A DNA stretch of 60,627 bases, counting the filler, from Squatina squatina (taxonomy: Eukaryota), in NCBI GenBank assembly GCA_031763465.1. It is 4 parts of 3 records of this genome, joined end to end, with 100 filler letters (N's around TTAATTAATTAA, not from the genome) between each part and the next. Parts side by side here need not be neighbours in the genome. Positions count along the whole stretch, not along the records: positions 1 to 12,751 come from JARFOE010000203.1; positions 12,852 to 29,471 come from JARFOE010000189.1; 2 more parts are not named here. One strand, written 5' to 3'. The notes below the pieces were generated by a model. The model searched no databases and had not been told where the DNA came from. It saw only the letters and a program-made list of their open reading frames with translations. The position numbers and the translations under genes are program-made. The stretch's first letter is position 1. The number at the start of each line of letters is the position of its first letter. Below, one piece after another: positions 11,380 to 25,561 of this stretch.

Positions 11380-12751
11380 ATTGCGGTCCCTCACTCAAAC
11401 AATGACCGGCAGAGAGCAGCATCAACCTCTGTACATGGCCTTCTTTGACCTCACAAAGGTTTTTGACTCTTTCAACCGGGAGGGATTATGGCGTCTCTTT
11501 CTCAAATTTGACTGCCCGCAAAAATTCGTCATCATCCTCCACCTGCTTCACGATGACATGCAAGCCATGATTCTCACCAAACGGATCCACCACAGATCCA
11601 ATACAAGTGTAAACTGGGGTCAAGCAAGGCTGCGTCATCGCACCAACGCTCTTCTCCATCTTCCTCTCCACAACACTCCACCCCATCTCTAAGAAGCTCC
11701 CCGCTGGAGTGGAGCTAATCTACAGGACGAGTGGGAAACTGTTCAATCTCCAGCGCCTCCACTCCAGAACCAAGACCACCCCAACCTCTGTCATTGAGTT
11801 GCAGTATGCAGACGATGCTTGCGTATGTGCACACTCGGAGACCAAGCTCCAAACCATCATTGACTCATTCACTGAGGCATACAAGAGAATGGGTCTTACG
11901 CTAAACATCCGAAAGACAAAGGTCTTTTAACAGCCTGCTCCCACTGCACAACACTGTCCCATGACTACCAAGATCCACGGCGAGACCTTGGACAACGTGG
12001 GTCACTTTCCATACCTTGGGAGCCTCCTCTCAGCGAGGGCAGACATTGACGATGAAATCCAACACCACCTCCAGTGTACCAGTACAGCCTTCGTCCGTNN
12101 NNNNNNNNNNNNNNNNNNNNNNNNNNNNNNNNNNNNNNNNNNNNNNNNNNNNNNNNNNNNNNNNNNNNNNNNNNNNNNNNNNNNNNNNNNNNNNNNNNTC
12201 GAGCTGGAGCATGCTTGCGTATGTGCATACTTAGAGGCTAAGCTCCAAACCATCGTCGATTCAGTCACTGAGGCGTATGCTAAACATCCGAAGGACAAAG
12301 TTCCTTTACTAGCCTGCTCCCACTGCACAACACTGCTTCCTGACTTTCAAGATCCATGGAGAGCCCCTGGACAACGTGGATATTTTCCATACCTTAGGAG
12401 CCTCCTTTCAGCGAGGGCAGGCATAGACGATGAAACCCAACACGCTTTCAGTGTGCCAGCACAGCTTTTGTCCACCTGAGGAAAAGAATACTTGAAGATA
12501 AAGACCTCAAACCCAGTACCAAGCTCATGGTCTACAGGGCAGCAGGAATACCCGCCCTCCTGTATGCGTCAGACTCATGGACAATGTATAGTAGAAGGCA
12601 TTGGAGAAGTATCACCAACGCTGCCTCCGCAAAATCCTGCAAATTCATTGGCAGGATAGGCGTACCAATGTCAGCGTCCTCTCAGGCAAACATCAAGGCA
12701 CCGGTCATGCTCAACCAGCTGCAATGGGCGGGCCACATCATCTGCATGCCC
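11380..12751 (+). mobile_element. RTE-clade LINE fragments (two gap-separated pieces)
   Basis: REQHQPLYMAFFDLTKVFDS..GVKQGCVIAP..IELQYADDAC..FPYLGSLLS..LEKYHQRCLRKILQIHWQDR, with frameshifts. Confidence 0.9.
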
Positions 12752-12851
12752 NNNNNNNNNNNNNNNNNNNNNNNNNNNNNNNNNNNNNNNNNNNNTTAAT
12801 TAATTAANNNNNNNNNNNNNNNNNNNNNNNNNNNNNNNNNNNNNNNNNNNN
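12752..12851. other. Artificial scaffold-joining linker
   Basis: 44 N + TTAATTAATTAA (12796-12807; stop codons in all six frames) + 44 N. Confidence 0.95.
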
Positions 12852-15800
12852 CTGGTCGCACATAGAAAGTATATCAAAACAGGTTCTAAAAAAACCTTTT
12901 GGTTCTGATGCTCTGAACCTGGGAGGAAAACCACTGCAGCTTCCAACTCAGCCTGTTGAGGTAAAATGCTAGCCAACAGAATCGGAACTCGACATGCGGA
13001 AGTAAAAGCAGACCCTGCCAGCTTTGAGCGGGTGTCCTTGTCACTTACTCAGTTGAGCAGGTTAAAGTCGGGAATGGTCAGCTCCCAGAGTCTTCAGGGC
13101 GGGTAATTTTAACTGCCAATTTCCACTGGCAGGTAGGGTTCCCACAAAGTAGACATTATTTGAACTGTACAAAAAAATTATTTTGCAGATTGCAGTGGAC
13201 TTAATGGCTGTTATCATTGTTGGACAGCTGTCCAATTGCCCGTGCAGGGATTTGTTTTTGCAAGATGATGTAAGATGGATACAAATGAGTGACCACTCAG
13301 CCCATCCTTCCAGAATAACAATAAAAACATGCCTAGCCACCATCAATGTTCCCCTTAGGCTGCACTGCTATGCACCAATCGTGAGGTCCCATGAAGACTG
13401 CTCACCAGCTGCTGCCACTGGAAGAGAAGTCGCGCAGTATATTAAAAGGGCCCACGCACGAAAAAAAATTAGGGCGNNNNNNNNNNCCTCACTATATCTT
13501 CAATGAAGCTACGGTTTTTTGCCTCCATTACCCTACCTAGAATGTCAAAATAAACCAGTTAACAAATCCATTACACTAACAAGCAAAAGAATTTCATACA
13601 TACGGGTTAAGCAGTTCATAGGTTAATGTTGCACAGTGTAATTTTTTTAACGTTTGATTTGTATTCCCCTGAATTATACCATTTTCCTTTTAAATGGAGG
13701 TAATAACCTTTTATTGTAGCTACTGAGGGTGTATTTTAATTTTGAATCTATTCTGTTAGGAAAGTTAATCTTCATAATACTATTGTAAAACTATTCTTTA
13801 CCAACCTATATTTAAAAACATGTAATAGTGTCCTCATTGTTTTAAATGTATTTTAAATTAGTTAAAGGTATTTTTGAAATATTGGTACATGAAGACAATA
13901 TTTATATTTTAACATACACTTGTAATGCATAATAGAGCTTTAACATTTCATGACCAATAATCATGGCTCCTAATAGATTTATAAAGTTATGTAGTGCTAA
14001 ATAGCTATTCATAGGTGGATATTTTAAGTATGCAATAACAATAGATCCTCTAGATGGAGTCTATTTTTTCATAGATCACCTCCAGGCTCTTTGTTACAGT
14101 TCATGGGTAGTTGGTGTGTGAATGTGGAGATCTCACTGTACCTGCAGGCATCGTTAGTTAGACAGTACAGGGCTGATGGAGCTGATGGAAATGATGGAAA
14201 TGCTGGCTGCCCTGCTGCCCTTATCGATCCAACCCAGCGACATCCAGCTGTGGCCTGCACTGAGTCAGGTGGCAAGTTCCAAGCGAGAAATTCAAAAGCA
14301 AAATGCATTTCAGTAAAAGACACTTGTATCATTAATTACAACAGTTTCACCTGTGACAGTGACAAACATGCTGTACTTTAGAAGAGTTTATGCGGTTAGT
14401 ATATAACACAAATACAAATGAAAAAGATGATTCTAGGCACATAAGAGATAAGGAATAGCTCTCCAGTTAAAGATCATCAGTGAGTTATGCAGGCTATACA
14501 CCTTTGTTTTATATATTGATAAAATTTACTGTACCTGAATTAATGCTAACAAAAAACAGCTGGATCTTAAAAGCTGGCATATATTGGATAATATACTATA
14601 TAATAGTTCTAGGTCTATAAAACATATTAACTATGGGCACTTTGATATGTTTATAGTGTTATTAGTGTATTACATAAAGAGTATACAAATTAGGTAGGTA
14701 ATTACCATTTATTTTCTCTGGCACATAGCTGTTGAAATTTGAATTTTCTAAAGTAGTGCTAATATGTTAAGCACCGTTCACATTACAATCATTTTACTAC
14801 AGTGTAATGTCATGAGAATGGACATCAGTAAAACGCTAGTGCTTTTAGCTGCCNNNNNNNNNNNNNNNNNNNNNNNTTCTGATGTGGGGTAAAATTGCTG
14901 ATGTTTGACTAACATCCATCTTCTGATATCTTACTGCAGTAAAATTATTATAGTATGAAGGAAGATAAATTTAAGTTTCCTTTGATATTTTGTATTAACA
15001 TTACAATTTTATAAAATTAAAACCTATTAAGGAGTATCAATCTTTGCTGCCAAGATTGTACCTTGGTTAAAATGTTACCAACTTTTTCCCTGATCTCCTT
15101 AGATGAAGTCCTATTAACATTGGAAATTACTTCCCTGATGCCCTGGGGTCAAAGTATTTGACCTCAGACCTTCAGTAAAATAAATGTAATGTGAAAAGGC
15201 TTGGTCTCTGTTGGGCACTGTTCAATAAAACTATGAAATGAGACAGATAAAGTTAATCTGAAATAAAAATGTGCAGTTAAATCACAAGATTTGACAAAAA
15301 AGGTTTTGTAATAGGGAAAATATTCCATAATTTGAATTTTCCTTTGTAATCAGCTATCTTTTTCTTTCCTTTTCTTTGTCTATGTTTTGTCAAGAGCTCC
15401 CTGTGATTATAGCCTCCCTATGCCCACGTGTCATATAAGCAGCTCTGATTGAGGGGAAGAGATTGACAACAACCTGTTTCCAAGTGCCACCAATATTGTT
15501 CTAACTGGTCATCGTTACTATCTGTAATAGTTGTTGGTGCTGTTTAAAAACTCTTGGGCAAGCTTCAACTACTACTAATTTGTCAAAATGAAATATCTAA
15601 GCATCAGCTATTAAACTCAGTATGCGGGGCATGTGCATCATTGAAAACTTACATGTAGCTTTGACCCATGTGCAAACCCATTATACTGCTAGTAGTACGA
15701 GTTACACCTGTAAGTGCCACTGTGGTCACAGTTTTTAATGTCAAGAGTATCACACCTTGTCTGTCGCACACTAACTCGGCCTTGCGTCTCACAAAGCAGC

Positions 15801-16629
15801 AGTGATTATACTGGCAGGGTTAACAAAGGCCCAGATTTTGCAGTCAGCATCAAAGTGATAGCGCTCGCCGCTGACCTTGAGGAATGCTACCCACAAAGAT
15901 CTAGNNNNNNNNNNNNNNNNNNNNNNNNNNNNNNNNNNNNNNNNNNNNNNNNNNNNNNNNNNNNNNNNNNNNNNNNNNNNNNNNNNNNNNNNNNNNNNNN
16001 NNNNACAAGCTGCATAGCAGTAGGACAATTCAGGTCCTGCGTCTTAATTAATTTCCCACTGCTCAGCTTAGTGTTGTGAATTGTCTGTGTGGACATGTTT
16101 TAACATTTGTTTACCAAGCAAGCTGTTGATTAAAATCCTTACTATGAGAACACTGCTGGATGGGTGAAATTTAGATCTGACTGGTTTATAATACTAGACA
16201 CTCTTGCAACATTTGGAGTGAAGCTAGTGTTACCCCTGCAGGACAGTTTGCAGATTTGCATCTTGTCCTGCACAAAACCATTCTTGCTCATTACCCCGTC
16301 CTTGCTGACTTACATTGACACACGCCAACCCACCACTGGAGGGATTTTGAAGTCCTTATGTACAAATCTCAGATTAGCTGCGACTCACTCTACTTCTGCA
16401 CCCCTCTCCAGCCTTGTGTCCCCTCCTGTCATATCCTCCTCTGACTCTGGCCTTCTGTGCATTTTTCCCTCCCTTTACTCCACCTTCGGTAGAGCATCAG
16501 CCCTATTCTTTGGAACTCCACAAACCCTTCCGCATCTCTAACTGCTTAAGCACATCTCGGTTATCTCTCATAACTGTTCAGAAAGGCTGTGAAGCTGAAT
16601 GGAATGTTATTCTATAAAAGGTTGTAAAT

Positions 16630-17250
16630 TGTGTTTCAGTTGTACAGAGCCTTGGTCAGGCCCCATCTGGAGTGCTGTATTCCGCTCTGGGCACCACACC
16701 TCAAGAAGGAGATATTGGCCTTGGAGGGGTTGCCAGGCAGATTGACTAGAATGATACCGGGGCTAAAAAGGTTAATTTATGAGGACAGGTTGGTTTGTGC
16801 TCCCATGAATATAGAAGATTGAAGGGTGATCTAATTGAGGTGTTTAAAATGATTTGATAGGGTCGATACAGAGAAACTATTTTCTCTGGTGGGGCATCAA
16901 GAACAATGGGGCATAATCTTCAAATCAGAGCTCAGCCATTCATGAGTGAAATCAGGAAGCACTTCACACAAAGGGTCCTAGAAATCTGGAACTCACTCCC
17001 CCAAAAGGCTGTGGATGCTGGGTCAATTGAAGCTTTCAAGACTGGGTGGGAAATTGGAGTTGAGGTCAAAGATCAGCTGTAATCTTATCGAATGGTGGGG
17101 TGGAGCTCGAAGGTCTGTATGGTCTACTCCTGCTCCTATTTCTTATGTTCTTAATGCTGGGTAAATGGGGTTCATGTGCAGATCAGCCATCATCTAACAA
17201 TGATGGAATAGGCTCAAGGGGCTAAATGGCTTACTTCTGTCCCTATGTAC
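16630..17250 (+). mobile_element. CR1-type LINE 3' fragment
   Basis: LYRALVRPHLECCIPLWAPHLKKEILALEG..RLTRMIPGLK and 3' UTR. Confidence 0.85.
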
Positions 17251-18129
17251 AGTGACAGTGCTATATAATTGTATGTTGTCATTTTCTTTATTCAAGTTTT
17301 AATTTTATAGTCTATCAGTTACTCGGCAAGAGTTGCATACTGCTTATACTGTAATTTTAAAAAGATCTAAACTAAAATGTATTTCGGATATACCATTCTA
17401 TTCATTATACTCATGCTATTTGGGCTGAATGTTTCTCTGTTGCTTTTTTCTTGTTTTATACTGCATTCAAAAAGCTCAATAACACATTTCAAAAAAAAAC
17501 CCTATTCCATTTTCACCCGATATGTTACGTTTTAAAAAACCTCCAGACTTACCCATGTTCCTGTTCAAAAAAATGTCAACTGGCACCACGTGTGAACCAG
17601 TCGATTTTCTTAATTNNNNNNNNNNNNNNNNNNNNNNNNNNNNNNNNNNNNNNNNNNNNNNNNNNNNNNNNNNNNNNNNNNNNNNNNNNNNNNNNNNNNN
17701 NNNNNNNNNNNNNNNNNNNNNNNNNNNNNNNNNNNNNNNNNNNNNNNNNNNNNNNNNNNNNNNNNNNNNNNNNNNNNNNNNNNNNNNNNNNNNNNNNNNN
17801 NNNATAAAATCACACCTCGAGGCATGCGTGCTCAGAGGCAAAGAGCAAGGATCCTATTTATGGTGTCATTTAGCCAGCAAGCAGCCAACAATCCCGGGAA
17901 AAAATCGAAGCATAATNNNNNNNNNNNNNNNNNNNNNNNNNNNNNNNNNNNNNNNNNNNNNNNNNNNTCCATTTTCAAAGCACCCTAGCGACATATATCA
18001 TAATATAAAATAGAAAATGAATAGCGTTTAAAATTTATCGGTCTTTGATTCTCAATTATATGTGTTTATGACTTCATCTGTCTTCAGTGACTTCAACCTT
18101 TTCCATTATTGTAGAATATTATTTGTACG

Positions 18130-18720
18130 GTACCATTAAATTCACAATCCTGCAGTAATGGAACGCTATAGCGTTTGGGAAAGGAATTTTTGAAAGGGGC
18201 TTGAAGAAAGCGAAGCTGTTATGACACAAGAAATTGCTTTATTGATAGCCTCGGCTCTCGCCTGCACATTTGGCAATTTGTAACCTTCCCCATATCTATA
18301 TTTCAGTGTGACACTGATAAGAACCTTTCTGTCCCCGACCAGATTACAGTTTGTAATGACACACAATGCTTTCAGAAGCCGGTCCAGGGCCCCATCGAGC
18401 ATTCTGCAAACATGCTAAACCGGTTAGAAGATCACCATAATTTTCATTTACCATTGCAGTGTCATGCATTACCTGAACTGTTATTAAATTGTACAAGTAT
18501 AATTGCCACCACTGATCTATAAGGACCTTGTGTGCGTGTATTTAAACTTTGGTCCCATGGCAGTGATAGACCTATAAATATGAATATTAATAGATAGCGT
18601 TTGGGAGTGCGGGCAGATTGCAGCTTTAGCGCTGAAGCCCGATAAAATGATAGCGACACAATAGAATGCCGATATAACGGAGCCTCTTTAGACTTTTTGG
18701 GGAGTACTTTCTTTTGCATA
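18130..18720. promoter_or_regulatory. Putative conserved non-coding element upstream of HMX3
   Basis: Repeat-free, non-coding, rich in TAAT/GATA motifs, on a homeobox scaffold; conservation not tested. Confidence 0.35.
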
Positions 18721-21700
18721 GAATTAACATTCTACAGGAAAAATAAACCAAGTTGTTTTGGCGGTTTTGTGAAGAGGCAGTGGAGGTGGCGAACACCAAT
18801 GGCCTTCGACTAAACAAATAGTACACATGTAATCTTACCCGATCCTGGGCAAGAGCTCCCACCATCTGGTAATGGGAAAACCTACAGAGATTCTTTTTTT
18901 TGAAACAGGTAGAATAGATCAAGATATACCTTTGTAAATATAAGGCTGCACTTGATTGTCAAGGTATTAAAACTTCAAATTCATCAGTAATATTTTATAC
19001 AGGCAAGTGACTTGTGAAATATTGGAGAATTCTTTCTGTGTGTTTGAGATTGAATGTTTTATTTTTCAAGTGATTTAGGACATTGAGTCCATTTCTATGA
19101 TTAATTTTTATCCATGTCGAAATTCCATTGCGTGTGCGCAAATGCATTGTGTTCACGACAGAATACTCTTCTCCTGCCTTATCATACCTCAGTTATTTAT
19201 CAGTAGGAGCAAATGTGCAGCTAAATCTCTGCCTGCAGTTTCGCATGTACCTGTTTAGCATTACTTCATGCGGGTTCACACACAGTACTGGAGTTATCAC
19301 CCAGCAACAGCAGAAGGTTGACTCAAAGCAAAGGTTCTGAGGCGTCTGCTGGAGTCACGGTGTGAATGTGATAGTGGCCTGGGAATGTACTACGGTTTTC
19401 TGGCAAGCAATGTAAAAGATTGCAGTTGGAAGCTGAGCCGTGGTGTGCAGTAACGTCTTTAGATAATGTAGAGGCCGCTCCTGTAGCCCTGAGGCCATTT
19501 TATTTTGCAGTGTGGCCTTCAGCATCTAAACATATTTTAGTAATAAGAAGATATTACCNNNNNNNNNNNNNNNNNNNNNNNNNNNNNNNNNNNNNNNNNN
19601 NNNNNNNNNNNNNNNNNNNNNNNNNNNNNNNNNNNNNNNNNNNNNNNNNNNNNNNNNNGGACCCACAGTAAGTGCAGGGGTGGGGGATGCGGGGAAGGCA
19701 GACAATGGTCAGCAGTGGCCCAGAGTTTTAATGTGGAGCCAGGAGGAACATTCCTGCTCCCTCCTGGCTTCACATTCAGGCAGCCTACAGCAGTCCCTGT
19801 GAACACCGCTGGTTTGACTGCTTTTCGCCTGAGAAAACTGACCGCTCATGCTGCGGTCAGTCGGGAACCAATTCATAAAGGGGCCTGAAACAGGCATACA
19901 CAGTGGACCTAACACCAGTTTCAGGTGGGTGCCCTGGACGACTACAAGTACTATAACCAATATGCTGTGCAGTGCATGCCTGGCATGGAATGAGTGCGGC
20001 ATGTCGCACACATGTTAGACACTTCAGCGCCCATTTTACGCCTTATAACGGGCACTGCCTTAACCACACTTCTNNNNNNNNNNCATAAACTCAATTTTCC
20101 ACACAATATAAGATTTGAATGGAATTTTCCTTAGTTAAAAGCTAAACAAGTTGTTCCTTTTAATTTAGATCTTAGGAATCTACTGAAAAATAGTCGATTC
20201 CAAAGTAGGTTTAAAGCAAGGATCATCACAACTACCTAAAATGAACCAGCTAACAGCCCACAAGAATGCACAATCATTCCTTTAATAGAAGTCACTGACC
20301 AATCCTTTCTCATATACTATTTGTCATTTTCAGCATAAGATGATCAATATCTTGGCTTTGAAATAAATAATATATTATAACCATCACAATAAGTTACATC
20401 ACCTGGAGCTGATCATATTTGAAGCGTAACGCCCATCATTGGCTAATATTAGATAAAAAAGCTTAGCAGATTATATATTTTTTAAAGAAAAGCAGGGAGA
20501 GTAGCTGTGTAAACAACGCTGTATTATTATTCTCCTTACAACTTCCTTGAGAATGTTTCATAATCAAAGACTATTGTTGCGCCAAATTTGGTAGTTGAAT
20601 AAATTTGGTAAGGACTCCATAGCCTTCGCCCTCACAGCACCTTGAGTAGAAGTCTTACAACTTAATGGCATTGTGCCTGCTCCAGTATGAAACCTAGAGC
20701 CAACACAGTGTCGCAGAAATTTATTCCACTTAAAGGAGTATCCCAGACCAGACTTGTGGCAGTAATTAGATTTCAGTGTGTGCTGACAGGCGAACAGGTC
20801 ACGCACATTGATCCCCTTGTTTCCTCCAAATCCTGGTGCGACAGTATGTATGCACAGGCTCAGATCGAGCTTGTACATGGTAAGTGTCATTCAGAGGAAA
20901 CAGGAGCATGACTTACTGTGGATAAGTGCAACCTTGTGGGTGGAAGTGATATGGATCATTGAATCCCCTCTGACTCATAGTGTCCCATACCCACTCTGCC
21001 ACTGTTACAACTGGAGCAGCTGCATGGAACTCCACTTAAATGTGCTATCATGCATATTTTAAAGCAATATTTGTTAACAGGCAACTTGAAGAATATATTT
21101 TGTTTTGTACAGATCTGCAGTAGCTANNNNNNNNNNNNNNNNNNNNNNNNNNNNNNNNNNNNNNNNNNNNNNNNNNNNNNNNNNNNNNNNNNNNNNNNNN
21201 NNNNNNNNNNNNNNNNNNNNNNNNNNCTCGTTTATCTCTTGTTTCCAGACTTCATATTACAAAGGAGCTCCCTGATGATAAGTATCTGCTGTCAGGGAGA
21301 TTGACTGCCCTGATGGACATGTTGGCGGTTTCTGATGTCTTCTCCTCAGGGGTTGTTTTAAGACCTCGAAAGGTGTACCTCTCTGATCTGTCTTCCCATA
21401 ACCTGAAGGGAAATAATTAGCACACAAAAAAAAAGTCAGTTTGTAACACAGGAGAGGGACGAACGTGATCTCCAGCAACATCACAGAGAACAATGCATTC
21501 CTTTAGTGAAAGTCATGTAATTAATAAGAAGGTGGTTGCTTAAAAAAATGGTCTAATTGTGTAACAGTTTGTTTTTAACCGCTAATTGCCGCATTCAAAG
21601 AAAGAGCAGAACCAAAGTCTGTTAACGATGCTTTTAAGCCTAGCTGTTGAATTTATTGTGTGAGAACTGCTGTAGGATTTGTGCTGCTTTTAATCATAAA

Positions 21701-23299
21701 CATCCAGTTTCATTCAGTTTGGTTCGGTTCAAGAATTTAAATCCGAGCACCGGGTTNNNNNNNNNNNNNNNNNNNNNNNNNNNNNNNNNNNNNNNNNNNN
21801 NNNNNNNNNNNNNNNNNNNNNNNNNNNNNNNNNNNNNNNNNNNNNNNNNNNNNNNNNTGCTTTTATCCGCAGGATGTATGGGCCCGTGTTTTCAAAGATG
21901 TGACTCTGGAGGATTTGAAACTTGACATTTTTTAAGTGTAAATACTGCTTTACTAAATCAAGCAGGGGACACATTCCTTAAAACATATAAGGGAAGAATA
22001 GCTCAGTGACTGCATTAAAATGAGCCATGAAAATCAGAACGGTATCATAAGGGAACATTTACCTATCCTATGGATAGCTGTCTTTTAACACAATCATCAA
22101 TAACGTATTCATATATTTTCAACAAGTCTGTAAAGGCTATTATTTGCACCTGTGTCACTTCTGTTATTCCTGCACCACACTGAAACGCCCTGTGGTAGGT
22201 ACTGTCCGCAGTACGTACAAAACTACGATAGACAAATGCTATCTGATAACGGTCAGGCTGTGAATGTTTCAAAACCAACGAGTGAATCAGCTAAAGTATT
22301 AAAGAAAGTTTTAACAGTGGACACACGTAAGCTCAAAGAATGAAGCGTAAGTATATGAATATGATAAGGATTTTAAAATAATCTTTAGCATCTCGAGTCA
22401 ATAAAGTTTTTAGAGCTACTTGAATCAAAACTCCAGAGGAGACTTGTCTGCTGGTCCGCAAAAAAAGGTATTTCTTAAAGAAAAGAATCTTACATTAGAA
22501 CATTGGCTACATATAAGAACGCTCATTTTCTTCTCATGATTGTTGGGTATTTCACATAATTGAAACAATTGTTCATTTCATTCCTAACCAGCGCGCATAT
22601 ATTAATATTAATATAACTGATATTGTTACTTCCTATCATAATGAGAATCTAATTCAATCAGAATATAAATAGACTATGGAAAAGTTCCCAAAGGATAATA
22701 AAGGCTAAATCAGTTAAGTGGCGGTTTCTCATGAATCCATCCCCATGTGCCGACACAAACTGAGATTCTGATGTCAAACGTTTTCGGTAATTGAATCACT
22801 AACCGGGTTTTGAATGACGAACTCGCAGCGTTCAATGGTTCTAACCAGCTCGCAACTCTGGAGAGGTTTCGATCAAAAGAAACCAAAACTCTTTACATAT
22901 CTGCACTTCATTAAAAAAAAGTATTTTTCTCAGATCTAAAACTATTTGTATCATTCTTCTATTACTTTGTACATTGCGCTTCCCCTTAAAAGGCGCGCAA
23001 TTTAGATTTGTTTGAAAATGTTTGAAAGAACTGTATCTCTCCTTTCCATCTGACCATCTATACATATTATACACATCTATTCATTCATTGACCAGGTGCC
23101 TTTAAATAACTAACGATGTTTTTTCCCCTGTATATAATCTCTCAAACAATCGCACTCAGTCTGTCATTGACTAGTTCAGTTAAGCAGGCAAATACGTGCA
23201 ACTGTAGAACAAAAGAGCTTTATAGCGTTGGAGTAATGGGGATCGAACTTTAGAAGCAAGTCCTGTCCCCTTTATAATGACTGTAAACATGACATAGTC

Positions 23300-23640
23300 C
23301 TTTTGTGCGTGCAGGTGATTCTCTTTTCTGAAAGACAAATTAATTACAGATGCAAATCATGAATTAATCTGCAGCCTGTAGGGGAGTGTAATTATCATTG
23401 CAGTTGCTATCTTTTACTGCCCTGTGTAATCGTTAACATGTATTTTTATATATAAAGTTATGCACCCATGACTCATTTTTCCCCATAGATTTGAATAAAT
23501 GTTTTTTCTGGATGTCACGGCGCGCAGTATTGCTTAATTTGCGTCCATTAGAATTGACAATAATACAATTCTAATATGTGCTGTAAGCCTGCTATCGAAA
23601 TGTGGACACCACTGATCAGCTTGTTTAAAGAGTCAACGGC
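23300..23640. promoter_or_regulatory. Putative enhancer/CNE
   Basis: Cluster of TAATTA sites and octamer ATGCAAAT (~23349) about 2 kb upstream of HMX3 in this assembly. Confidence 0.35.
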
Positions 23641-24827
23641 AGATACTTGGTCTGTTAGCCTGGTCGTTTGCACAAAGATAGAGTCTGGTATCCCCCTGGA
23701 ATGACACTAAGATGCGAATGGTGTCATTCAAGTGAATGCAACGAAAGATAACATTGGGTAAACAACAAATGTCATAGGTAACAAATAATGTACAGGGAAT
23801 GAAGGTGGGTGTTTCAATTTCCACGCATACTCATCCAAATGTTCCTTAGTGGCATAAATTATCTGCTTTATAGATAAGAGCTGGACTGTTGCAATCATTG
23901 CCTATGATGTGTTGTAGGACCAAACAGCAAATTGATGACTTCTATCTGATTACAGTTCTGGANNNNNNNNNNNNNNNNNNNNNNNNNNNNNNNNNNNNNN
24001 NNNNNNNNNNNNNNNNNNNNNNNNNNNNNNNNNNNNNNNNNNNNNNNNNNNNNNNNNNNNNNNNNNNNNNNNNNNNNNNNNNNNNNNNNNNNNNNNNNNN
24101 NNNNNNNNNNNNNNNNNNNNNNNNNNNNNNNNNNNNNNNNNNNNNNNNNNNNNNNNNNNNNNNNNNNNNNNNNNNNNNNNNNNNNNNNNNNNNNNNNNNN
24201 NNNNNNNNNNNNNNNNNNNNNNNNNNNNNNNNNNNNNNNNNNNNNNNNNNNNNNNNNNNNNNNNNNNNNNNNNNNNNNNNNNNNNNNNNNNNNNNNNNNN
24301 NNNNNNNNNNNNNNNNNNNNNNNNNNNNNNNNNNNNNNNNNNNNNNNNNNNNNNNNNNNNNNNNNNNNNNNNNNNNNNNNNNNNNNNNNNNNNNNNNNNN
24401 NNNNNNNNNNNNNNNNNNNNNNNNNNNNNNNNNNNNNNNNNNNNNNNNNNNNNNNNNNNNNNNNNNNNNNNNNNNNNNNNNNNNNNNNNNNNNNNNNNNN
24501 NNNNNNNNNNNNNNNNNNNNNNNNNNNNNNNNNNNNNNNNNNNNNNNNNNNNNNNNNNNNNNNNNNNNNNNNNNNNNNNNNNNNNNNNNNNNNNNNNNNN
24601 NNNNNNNNNNNNNNNNNNNNNNNNNNNNNNNNNNNNNNNNNNNNNNNNNNNNNNNNNNNNNNNNNNNNNNNNNNNNNNNNNNNNNNNNNNNNNNNNNNNN
24701 NNNNNNNNNNNNNNNNNNNNNNNNNNNNNNNNNNNNNNNNNNNNNNNNNNNNNNNNNNNNNNNNNNNNNNNNNNNNNNNNNNNNNNNNNNNNNNNNNNNN
24801 NNNNNNNNNNNNNNNNNNNNNNNNNNN

Positions 24828-25160
24828 TGGCTGCTTGAGACGCGGAGAAGCTTTATTTTCTGAGCTGCGCCATCCAGCCCAAAATAGAAACTGACTTTAA
24901 CAAAAAAGCAAAGCCTGGAAAATAACCAATTTTTAGAAACAAGGTTGTTTGGGTTTCTCATTGTAAAATCTGCTGCCTCAATGGACAACCAGAGTGGTGA
25001 GGCGCTCAAACTGACAAGAGGAGCAAAAGCCTGGGCGCTTTAAACAAATTTCCCCTCCAGATGGAAATGAAGCCGCGTTTTGTGCCAATGGACAGGAGTA
25101 AGTCATTTGCCTACTGCTCGTCTAGTGGTGGTTTACAGGACGAGTTTCTTTTGTGGTATT
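24828..25160. promoter_or_regulatory. HMX3 proximal upstream regulatory block
   Basis: Non-repetitive; SOX-like CATTGT/CAATGG motifs; immediately 5' of HMX3. Confidence 0.35.
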
Positions 25161-25561
25161 AGTNNNNNNNNNNATTTGCTGCCTAATTGGACTATATAAA
25201 GCCAATAACAGGCGAGCTCTTATAGCCTTAAGCGAAGCGCAAAGTATAGGGAGGTGGACGCATTACATGCCATTCTTTTTTTTTCCCTTCGGTAATCCCA
25301 TTTGCCATTGTGCGTGCCCAATCGCCGTATACTTTCTGCATTTAACTTGTATGACATTTTTATTTCATCATTATCATCTGGCGCCAGATTGACGCTGAAT
25401 GCCTCCTACTCTGTTCCAAATTGCTGTGGATTTCCACTCTACCCACATGCAAAAGTTTGGTGCGTTTTTCTGAACTCCCGGGATTCTGATCCACGCTTGC
25501 CTGTTTCACTCTGCCGGGCTCTGCACTGGTTCCTCCTGTTTATGAGCGGAGTCAGGCCACC

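Noticed and set aside
10607-11425. Minus-strand ORF with (VP/IP)n repeats
   Set aside because: Antisense reading of the NELFE RD tract.
12796-12807. TTAATTAATTAA as a homeodomain site or biological repeat (also 29516, 46368)
   Set aside because: Always centred between 44-N flanks; artificial linker.
23889-25009. Long ORFs of 324-355 aa (also 37439-38302)
   Set aside because: Almost entirely N gap.
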